This document shows positions 12,990 to 22,815 of a DNA stretch of 64,000 bases, piece by piece. The position numbers were made by a program, and so were the translations under genes. The DNA is from Eledone cirrhosa. Lineage: Eukaryota. The DNA is taken from assembly GCA_964016885.1 (NCBI GenBank), contig OZ024740.1, forward strand, positions 53,382,001 through 53,446,000, in the 5' to 3' direction. Every line of letters starts with the position of its first letter. Position 1 is the first letter of the stretch. The notes under the pieces are model-generated. The model worked only from the letters and a program-made list of their open reading frames with translations. It was not told the DNA's origin and searched no databases.

Positions 12990-14404
12990 TGTTGTTCATT
13001 TTGTAGTTTTCTTTTTATGGTAGGCATTTGTGTTTGTAGTGGTGTTGGTGTTTGTTTTGCTGGTAGGGGGGTTAGGGGTTGATTGTGGTGGTGTATGTGT
13101 TGTTATTTGTGTTGGTGGTTGTGTGTTTGTGTTGGTAATTGTTGTTTTTGTGGCTTTGTGGTGTCTATTCTTTTGTTTTTTTATTTACAAGGGTCTCCTT
13201 CATCTTCACTTGGGGATGGAGAAGTAGCCTCGTCTGGTGATGAATCGGCATCAGGGGTGTGTGGGAGGGGTATGTTGTGTGGTGATGGTGTGTTTGTGTG
13301 TGTGTGATTGTGGTAGTATTGGATGGAGTGGGATGGGGTGGGACTGTGTTTTTCAGGGGAATTTTTTGTGTTTTTTCTGTTGTTTGTGGTTGAACAGTTG
13401 TTTGTTTTTGTGTGTTTGCTTGTTTTGTGTGTTGTTGTTGTTGTTGTTGTTGTAGTTTTGGAGTTGGTGTTGGTAAAAGTACTTTTTGGGGGTGGTGGTG
13501 TTTGTTCGTAAGAGGGGACAGGAGGCCTTTAAATGCGATGTGCTCGCGCATTTAAAACAATATAGCTTTCTGCCATCTGCCGAAATGTGGATGTAATTGG
13601 TATTGTCTCCTGGCACCCTTTCTGGTATCTTGGAAATTTTGTCCGGTTTTATTTGGACCAAAATTTCCAAGCTTGGGCCGTTCCTGGTATTTCTTGTGGA
13701 TTTTTTAATCCAAGAACCCTGCCAGAACCCACCAGATGTTAATGTTGGGTGGTATATTGGTGATGTTTATTCTTTGTGTTCTTTTTCCCATGTATGTAGA
13801 GAAAAAGGTGTGTGGCAGATTGACCGGGGTATTGAGTATTTTTTCGAAAGGGCCTCACTTTTGAAGAGCACCGAAATGCTTCCATACAGTTTAGCCCTTT
13901 GTATGTATTGTATTTCCGGCATTGCCTCTTTCAAGACGATTTCAATTTCGCCTTGAGAAAGGAAAGCCAGGTTTTTTTGTTTGTTCAAATCGTGCGAAAA
14001 ATCACAGTCCTTCGCATAGTGTCGGCTTTGATTTGTGACGGAGAGGTTATTTTAAATCCCCCTTTTTCCTCGAAGGTAACATTTTTTTTTCCTTCATTGA
14101 TCATTTCCTTCGCATTGGAAATATCAATATTTATGAAAGTCTCTTTGCTTATTGTGGCAAAAGATTTTTTTATGGTTGCTGTTGTTGTTGTTGTTTTTGT
14201 TGTTCTCAATTGCTTGATTTGTGGTTGTGGAATTCATTTGTGAAGTTGTGTTTTTTTATTGTTCAATATTTGTTTGTGCCGTATGTGTTTCCATACTTTT
14301 TTTGTGTGTGATTTATCTTGGTCACTACCTGTTGTCACAGTGACATTCATTTCAACGCTCCCATTTCCACTTATGGCGGGAAGCGCTTCGATTTTATCAT
14401 TCAT
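12990..14404 (-). pseudogene. L1/Tx1 ORF1 (RRM-like + CCHC zinc knuckle), frameshifted
   Basis: GRKLYCFKCASTSHLKASCPL knuckle across 13520-13575, an upstream RRM-like segment and a low-complexity T/Q/K tail. ATG at 14404. Confidence 0.7.
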
Positions 14405-14643
14405 AGTTAAAACAATTTGTTATAAATTTTTATGAAAATTTCAATGACCCACCCACTGACAATTTAGTCGGAGGGTCAATCTATACAGTGGTATATTTAT
14501 TTAAAACAATAATTTTTGTTTTTTATAAGTAAAAAGACAAAAACTTACCAGCGCGACTGGTACACAACTTCCTCTATCTCAGACAGAGACGTGTCCAAAC
14601 ACACACACACTTACTCTCTCTGTCCTTCCCTCTTTCTCTCTTC

Positions 14644-14683
<40 letters not shown>

Positions 14684-15029
14684 TGTCTCTCTCTCACTTT
14701 CTCCTGTCTATGTGAGAAGCAGCACGATTATACAAGCTCTGAGTCGTAGCTGACCACCAGGCTAAAGTCTCCCAGGTTGGCCACAAAACTTTCCCTATTT
14801 TTCCACGGTTACGTTTTTGCATGTTTCTTTCACCTGTGTCTTCCAACGATGGGATCTGTACACTTTTTTTTCTTCTATTCCTTTCCTATGTTTCCCCTTC
14901 TTCCTCTCTCCTCATCTTTTCCCCTCTGTTTTTCCTCCTTTCCCTCTCTTTCCTTTTTTCTCTCCTTTTTTCTCTCTTTCTCTCTTCTTTTCCACCTGGC
15001 CTTTTGATTAATAAAAGGCCTCGGGCGCA

Positions 15030-15099
15030 CCCGAACCACCGATGTCCTGTAATTCAGCGCCGAAACATCGGTTCGGGATACATTTACAGCTGACGATGG
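15030..15099 (+). ncRNA. Hammerhead-like motif with non-standard strand order
   Basis: ACCGAUG-UC/CUGUAA ... CC-GAAA-CAUCGGU ... UUACAG-CUGACGA-U-GG. It lies in a (TA)n-bounded segment, 14681-15197. Confidence 0.55.
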
Positions 15100-15197
15100 A
15101 AACTCCTTTCTTCCTTTCTCCTCCTGTTCCGTCCTAACCACCATCCTAAACCTTGTTTTTAGTAACCACACACCTCCTTTGGTTTCATAACTTTTTG

Positions 15198-15231
<34 letters not shown>

Positions 15232-15253
15232 GAGGTGTGACACATGAGTTGTG

Positions 15254-15778
15254 ATATATTAGTAAAAAGGAAAAGAAAATGCTGACAGATTTTTTCCAGT
15301 GAAAAATAGTTTAAATAGGACTAAGTATAAATTAGTAATAAGTAATTGTTAGTATTCAGTGTTAGTTTTAAGTCTTTTACCAGTTGCGCATTTCAAATGC
15401 TTTTCAACAATAATTTTGAGATAGAGCGTTCGTGATTTGGTTGGTTGTTGAATGTCACGTGAATAAGCACTATAATTTCGATTGGTCGGTAGAAGTTACG
15501 TGAATGTTCAATAATAACATCTTTTATTATTGAACATTCACGTGACTCTTACCGACCAATCAAAATTATAGTGCTTATTCACGTGACATTCAACAACCAA
15601 CCAAATCACGAACGCTCTATCTCAAAATTATTGTTGAAAAGCATTTGAAATGCGCAACTGGTAAAAGACTTAAAACTAACACTGAATACTAACAATTACT
15701 TATTACTAATTTATACTTAGTCCTATTTAAACTATTTTTCACTGGAAAAAATCTGTCAGCATTTTCTTTTCCTTTTTA

Positions 15779-15787
<9 letters not shown>
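15254..15787. repeat. Near-perfect palindrome of about 530 bp (fold-back element)
   Basis: Arms of about 260 bp, a loop of about 8 nt near 15517-15524, and few mismatches near the centre. Right end abuts (TA)n. Confidence 0.95.
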
Positions 15788-15820
<33 letters not shown>

Positions 15821-15990
15821 CCCTCCATCTCAACTCTACTTTTGAAAAGCAGAAGAACTGCGAAACTGGTAAAGGAACCAAATAAATATATATATATTTT
15901 TAAAAATAGACCCCAGTTGCATTTTCGATTTCATCTTTTTTTCTTTATACTTTCACTCGTGTAGGACACCTCGGTTATTTTTCATTTTGT
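15821..15990 (+). repeat. Dispersed short repeat (second copy about 33760-33907)
   Basis: CCCTCCATCT..TCTACTTTTGAAAAGCA.AAGAACTG.GAAAC.GGTAAAGGAA...CCAGTTGCATTTTCGATTTC...ACTTTCACTCGTGTAGGACA is shared between the two copies. Confidence 0.8.
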
Positions 15991-16013
15991 AAAAAACCTC
16001 ACTTTCTAATATA

Positions 16014-16093
<80 letters not shown>

Positions 16094-16700
16094 GAATTAT
16101 AAGTGCCCACTTGAATAAGTATCTATTGATCTTATACAAGCTTCTACATAAATTGGTATAATTTCACCTAACTTGTAGGAATCTTATAATGAAACGAGAC
16201 GCCCGTCTGGGAAATGATATATTTGATATATCTCATATGAAATAATACAGCCAATTTTCCACACAATACAATTAGTTAGCACCCCGAACGTTTAATTAGG
16301 AATATACTCACTTATTTCCTAATGTTTGTTGAGTGAGTTGGGATTTGGCCGGAGTATCACTATTAGCTTCCTCCGATAATGTATTTATATATATATATAT
16401 ATGGCGTTGTTATTTGGCGTTGTTGAAAAGAGCAGTGGCCTTTGACCTGGCAATAAAAACTGGAGCCAAATTCTTTCTGTACCAAAAGCAAGGCGCACAC
16501 ACAGAAGTTTGTGTGTGTGTATTTATATATGTGTGTATATATATGTGTGTGTGTGCGTGCGCGTTTATGTGCGCGTGTGTGTGTATCTATCTATGTATAT
16601 ATACATATATAGTGAAAAATTGAACGGGAACAAAACAGAGAGGCAGTACGAACAAAGGTTTATTAGTTTCACGCTCTTGAGAGTGGGGTGGTGGTGGGGA

Positions 16701-16732
16701 ACGACGTTTCGGGAATAAGCCCTTCTTCAGGT
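16701..16732 (-). ncRNA. Minimal Penelope-type hammerhead motif
   Basis: AC-CUGAAGA-A-GGG CUUAUU CCC-GAAACGUC/GU. Stem I is only about 2 bp. Confidence 0.65.
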
Positions 16733-17769
16733 GAAAAGTGTGTGGGAAGAGAGTTCAAAGGGTGTGTAGGGGAGTGGTGGAGAGACATATAGCAAAAAGG
16801 GGGTGAGAGGAAACGGTGCAAAGGAAATTAAAAATAAAGGCATGATCAAAATAAAATTAAAATGGGGTAAAACAGGTGGTGGAAGGGTGTGGGGCGTGTA
16901 GAGGTGGCGGCGGGTGGATTGGAGAGAGGGAGACGGGGTGTCCGAGCGGGGAGGGCTGAAGGTGGTGTGTGTGTGTAGGTGTACGTCTGTGTGTGTGTGT
17001 GTATGTGAAAGCAAGGGTTGGGGGAAGAACGGGGTTGCATGTTCAGGAAGAGGTGTGTGTGGGGTGGGGTGTAGGTCGGAGTGTGTGTGCGTGTGTGGAT
17101 AGAGGGGTGGGGGAGAGGATTCCGGAGGCTGAATGTGTTGTGTGTTGTGTTTATGCGTGTTGTGGATGTTGGTGGCGTGTGGGGAAAAAAAAATGTTTGG
17201 GTGTATGTCTGGGGGTGAGTCGTACAGGTAATTCCGTAAAAGGATGTGGTGGAATGCTGAGTAAAATCCTTGGGATGCGGTAGATTCACGGGATCAAGGT
17301 TCACATATGTGTAATCCGTGAAGAGATTGGTCGGAAGAGGGGAGATGTGGGGTGCGTGCGCAACAGGAAGTGGTCAGAGGGTCAAGGCAGGAGGAGGGTT
17401 GTGTGTCTGTGTGTGCGGGGAGGTGGTCAGAGAGGCATAGCAGCAGTAAGGTAGAATGGTAAGTGAAGAAAGTCGGTGTGTCAGTGTGTGCGGAGGTGCG
17501 GTGGACAGGGGAGAGGATGGGTAGGTGTGAAAGTTGGAGTGAGGAGGGGGGGGGGTGTATTAGTAGAGGTGTTAGTGGGATGTGTGTGTGTTTGAGAAAG
17601 GGTGTGGGTGGAGCGGAGAGAGAAGGGTGTGGGGGACGATGGAAGGAGTGTAGTGTACTGGTGTGTGTGTGTGGTGAAGGGGGTGTTAGTGGGTGTTAGT
17701 ATACTGGAGGTGGAGAAAGGGTTGAATGCGGGTGTGAGTGGGGGTCAGTGGTGGTAGGGTGTGTAGAGT

Positions 17770-17960
17770 GGGTGGTGTAAGAAGGTGTGTGTGTTCGTGT
17801 GCGTAGGGTTGGGTGGTGTAAGAGGGTGTGTGTGTTCGTGTGCGTAGGGTTGGGTGGTGTAAGAGGGTGTGTGTGTTCGTGTGCGTAGGGTTGGGGGGTA
17901 TTAGTGATGTTAGTTGCGTGTAGAGTGGGTGGTGTAAGTGGGTGTGTGTGTTCGTGTGCT
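17770..17960. repeat. 41-bp minisatellite in Penelope 3' UTR
   Basis: GGGTGGTGTAAGAGGGTGTGTGTGTTCGTGTGCGTAGGGTT, three tandem copies plus variants. Confidence 0.85.
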
Positions 17961-19879
17961 TGGGGTCAGGGGGTGTTAGTGATGTTAGTTGCGGGGTGGT
18001 GGGGTGAGGGTTAGTGGTGGTAGTAGGGTGTGTGTTTAGTGTGAGCGCGTGTATATATGTACCGGTGGGTGTGTGCGTGCGATAAGGAGGGGGGGAGAAG
18101 AAGGGAGGGATGCTAGTATGTTAGTTGGGGAAGGGTGGTCGGATGTGGGGTGGAGGTGTTAGTATTGTTAGTTGTGGGGTGGGCGGTGAAAAGGAGGGGT
18201 GTGTTAGTGGTGTTAGTGGGGGATATGTGTGGGGGGGGGGGGAGGGGGCGGTCGAAGGCTAAAGGAATAAGGGTGGGGAGTTCAGGCCGGGGGGAGTGTG
18301 GGACTGTAGAGTGAAGATGGTTCGTTGTTCGTGGGTGTTCCGTGGCATTAGAGTAGGCCACAGACTGTGAGGTGGTGTGCGGAATGTCCAGGGGCACCAA
18401 AGTGGCGGGCGATGGGGGAACTACCCCCGCGACGAATATCCCGGAGGTGCTCAGTAAATCTGACCGCCAGGCGACGTCCAGTCTGTCCGACGTATGTCGC
18501 GCTGCACTCCGTGCAGCTAAGTCCGTAGACTAGGTTGGAGGAGGTGCAGCGGAAGGCATGCCGGACGGAGAGAGAGTGGCCGTTGGGACCCTGGAAGGTG
18601 GTGGTGTTGGTGATGTGGGGACATGTGTTGCAGCGGGGCCTAGAACAGGGAAAGGAACCGGGGGGCGTAGGTTGGGGGGGAGCTGTGGGCGAGGAGGGGG
18701 GGAGATTGCGTGCGCGTTTGAAGGAGGGGAGTGGTGGGGCTGGGGAGATGTGGGAGGTGGAGGGATCGGACTGGAGGCGTCGAAAGAGGCGGAGGATGGT
18801 GCGGTGGAGGTGTATGGTGGAGGGGGTGGTAGGTGATGGGGAAGGGGAGACGGTGGGTGGGTGAGCGGTGGCGTGGGGTGAGGGTGGTGGAGCGTTGTCA
18901 GCACGGGCGCGGGTGAGAGCGGTGTGGACGAGAGAGGGGGTAACCTCTGCGGATGAAATTGCTGACTAGGGAAAGGGCCTGGGACTCAAAGTCAGCATCT
19001 CGGCTACAGAGGCGGCGGATCCTGATGAGTTGGGAGTAGGGAATAGAGTGTTTAGTGTGTGTGGGGTGGGAAGAGGTGAAGTCGAGGTAGGAGTGGGAGT
19101 CGGTGGGTTTGAAGAAGGCGGAGGTGACGCGGGAGTGGTGGGAGGGGTCGAAGGCGACGGAGATGTCTAAGAAGTGGACGTGGGTGGTGGAGATAGAGGT
19201 GGTGAAGTGGAGGGAGGGGTGGTAGGAGCAGAATAAGGAGAGAAAGGAGTCGAGCTGTTCTCGGGTGAGGGGCGTGGCTCCGATACAGTCGTCGATGTAA
19301 CGACCGTACAGTTCGGGCGTGGGGCCGGTGTACTGGACAAAGATTTGGGCCTCAACATGGCCAACAAAAAGGTTGGCATAGTTTGGGCCCATTCTTGTAC
19401 CCATGGCTACTCCCGTGACCTATATATATATATATAAGGAATTCGTTGCTACTAAGTATTTTATTTTGCTACGGGGTATTTATTTTGCAAGATACTATTT
19501 TCTCCCTTAGTTTGTAATTTCAGAGAAAGGTAAGAAATTCTTCATATTTGCATGTTTTGTATTTTGACTTTACAGTTTGAATTGTAGAATTGTCTATCCA
19601 CTCAAAATATTACAACAGCTAACAGTGAAATATAGAATTTTAAAAAAAGTAGCTTCTTCGACTGGGATCAAACTTTGAGAACATTCACGTCTATTTTTCA
19701 AAAATATATAATTTGAAATAGTTTGCATTTGTTTTGGACTGAAACTTTTTTGTATTTAATTCGTACGAGTATTTTTTAAAGATTCTAACATAACTTGATT
19801 TGGCCCAGTAATCTACTGATATCAAAATCAATAGTATATTGAAAAATGGAAAAATAGGGTGGGTTCGTGATTTCGAGGA

Positions 19880-19927
19880 GCAAAAGGGGCGTTTGGCATA
19901 AATGGGTTGAGAACCTTTGTTCTAGAC
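19880..19927. mobile_element. Right end of hAT (Charlie-like) MITE with TSD TTCTAGAC
   Basis: AAAAGGGGCGTTTGG...GGGTTGAGAACCTTTG ends at 19919, followed by TTCTAGAC (19920-19927). Confidence 0.6.
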
Positions 19928-20094
19928 GGTATGAATTCTTTTCCTTGCTTGGTTGCTCCTTAGGACTTGAGCAACGGAGATTTATCTTAAAATTGCCTGA
20001 GTAACATATGTAGATTGAAGAATTATTCTCGTCATATTTACGATGTACATTTCATAGAGAACAGTCTTCTCAAGTATTTTGTCTCTACCCTTTG

Positions 20095-20168
<74 letters not shown>

Positions 20169-22160
20169 CAACTGCAACAGAAATAAGCAATTGATGGAAC
20201 CTCTACCTGGTCATTTGATATGTTAGAAATATCAATCAAATCTCCATTAAATCACATTCTACTGTCATATAAATGGAAAAATGTAGTTCCTAAAATACAA
20301 AAAGACGGGTTGTCAAACTTAGAATACTTTAGACCACAGGTTTTCTCGACCAAGACTGACCTAGGGCTAAACAGCAACAACGAAACAACAATACGAAAGA
20401 CAAATGTATATTATCTAAAAATATAATATAAAAGACCGATGGAACGCAAATGAGCATATTGTAAACTTAATGTAAACAGATATTACATAACATCATGCTA
20501 ACTCTTGATTTTGAAGTAGACTAATTAATGCTGGCGGCAAAGAAGCATTTCAATGCATTAGTTAACATAATAAAAACAATTATCTGTAGGAAAACTCATT
20601 AAATATCTACTATTTATTATACATGAATGTGTAATAATAAACGTGTGCTTGCTTACATATCCTAATATACTCAGTTCTCAACACAAAAAAAATAACATAT
20701 ACAAAATGCATTATGGTATTTTGTTTTTAATGGGGCAATATTATAATAACTACATTTACTGCAACAATCACTAGAATGTAAGAAAGGAAACAATACAGGA
20801 AAGGAAAGGAGACACAGTATCCACTATAGTTTGGTTGTATATCAGAATAAGGTTGCACAGTTTCAGGAATGTGGATATTATAGCCATCGCTTTAGTAAGC
20901 TTCTAAAAGCTTGTCAATACAGCAACAAAACATAAAAAAAGAGCAAAGAAATAAGGGACGCAGAAATTGCAACGAAATACCCTTCACAGACATTGATAGG
21001 TGACTTTTGGTTCGATCCCACAGTGTAGTAACCCGTTAGATACTCGGGTTTTCAGTGGTAGACCAAAACATTCACCCTCAGTAACACAATAGCCTTGCGC
21101 TTGAGGACATTTATCATTCGAGCTAGAATTTCATTTGGCAATTATGTCCTTCATCTTACTAGTCTCCAGAACCCTTCCTTCCAGCCCCTAATATCTTGAA
21201 AATAGGATACATTGTTACTATTATTACAATTGTATATTGTAGACCACTCTATCCACACAAAAAGAGCGAGAGTGAGAGAGAGAACGAGAGATAGAGGGAG
21301 AGAGAGAGAGAGAGTGAGAGTGAGAGAGAGAAAGAGAGAGAGAACAGCAAAGTTGAGCTCGACAGAATTTAAACAGAGTGCAGAGAGCCGCAAGAAATAC
21401 AACACAGTATTCTCTTCAACGATCTAATGACAACCAATTCACCACATCCACTGGACAATGTGATCCTTAACATATAAGAAGAAACTATGCCCATAGGTTT
21501 GTTTCATCAAAACAGCTAATCTACCACAGCAAAATTATGTATACTAAGATGTCACTAAAATAAGATATAGAAACTATATACAATGTTATCCCACTGATGC
21601 AGTTCCACGATTCTTTTGAAAGACAACAGCATTTGTCAAAAATATCAGACGTAACTACATAGAAATTACTATAGCCGGGCACTGAAACAAAGTGACACTC
21701 ATGTCTGGCGGAAGGCAGGCGCTACCTAGCAACAAGCTTCTGTACTCTAGCTAACATTTTTCATCCCACGGTGTCAATGAAATCAATTTAATGTCTCTGT
21801 CAATGGTCAAGATATTTAACAATTTCTTAATTCGCATTCAACAATAAGTGGCTGCACATTAGAAAGAGATGGAGTGATGAAGAGACAGACCAGATAGATA
21901 GATAGAAGGAGGGGGGGGGGGGGGGGTAAATGGAAAGAAGGATAGATACGTTGATAGATAGATACACAGAGAGCTAGATCGGTGGAAGGATGGTTATATA
22001 TATATATATATAGATTTTGAGTTTATGTTGGTTGTATACCAACACCTCAGTATGCAGGCTGGAGCACTCGACGAAGTGCGCAGGTTGGTTTGGTTACTCC
22101 GGAGTAGTATAAAATAAAGTTAAATAAAAGTCAAATGATTAAAATTTAGCTTCGTTTATT

Positions 22161-22215
22161 ACTGCTATATATATTTCAGTGACAGCCATCTTTGGCTGTG
22201 ACCTCTTCAGGCAGT
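22161..22215 (-). ncRNA. Type I minimal hammerhead (family 3, inverted arm)
   Basis: ACUGC-CUGAAGA-GGUCACAGCC AAAGAU GGCUGUCACU-GAAA-UAUAUA-UA/GCAGU. Confidence 0.9.
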
Positions 22216-22558
22216 TTGAATTCTATAGACTTCTGACTGAGGAATGCTTTCAGAACTGACCAAGGGGAAGTTTGACACTTTTTTTGTTATTTTGTTCCTT
22301 TAATACCTTGTCCCTTCTACTATTTTATCAATTTTTAAGCTAACTCCAACAATAACAACACTTAGAATGAGGAATATTCTAATAACTGACCAATGAGAGG
22401 AGAAGGGGACCTCTGACACTGAAATTCGTTTGTTTGAATTCATATGACTCCAGTTCCTCAGTGAATTAACAACCCAACAAGGAACTGGGCATATCAGAGT
22501 ATTGACAATATTATACACCTAAACAACATATGTACTTGTCTATACCATACTAATTCAA

Positions 22559-22613
22559 ACTGCCCGAAGAGGTCACAGCCAAAGATGGCTGTCACTGAAA
22601 TATATATAGCAGT
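22559..22613 (+). ncRNA. Type I minimal hammerhead (family 3, 5' pLTR; U4C in this copy)
   Basis: As 22161-22215 but with core CCGAAGA. Confidence 0.85.
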
Positions 22614-22815
22614 AATAAACGAAGCTAAATTTTAATCATTTGACTTTTATTTAACTTTATTTTATACTACTCCGGAGTAACCAAACCAACCTGCGCACTT
22701 AGTCGAGTGCTCCAGCCTGCATACTGAGGTGTTGGTATACAACCAACATAAACTCAAAATCTATCTAGCTCCCACACGGGTTGAGCGCTTCAAACAGTAG
22801 CGGACCTAAGTCACT

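Larger units (their letters stand above)
9380..14640 (-). mobile_element. Near full-length L1/Tx1-clade non-LTR retrotransposon (degraded)
   Basis: ORF1-like and ORF2 (APE-RT-CCHC) remnants in order. The 3' UTR ends in AATAAAGAAA. The 5' boundary is approximate. Confidence 0.9.
16611..19420 (-). mobile_element. 5'-truncated Penelope-like element (Neptune-like)
   Basis: RT: GVAMGTRMGPNYANLFVG...YGRYIDD...FLDI...KPTDSHSYL...SSHP...IPYSQ..RIRRLCS (18898-19420). GIY-YIG: NLVYGLSCTECSATYVGQTGRRLAVRFTEHLRDIR (about 18400-18535). C-rich 3' UTR with HHR and AATAAA. TA flanks. Confidence 0.92.

Noticed and set aside
14478-14550. Possible short intron (CTG|GTAAGT...TAG, minus strand) in the Tx1 5' UTR
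   Set aside because: Only a consensus-like donor in AT-rich DNA. There is no second copy or transcript evidence.
15843-15930. CAGAAGA-ACTGC-GAAA-CTGG...CCAG-TT hammerhead-like pattern in a dispersed repeat
   Set aside because: No stem II, stem I out of register, and the core is not kept in the 33.8-kb copy.
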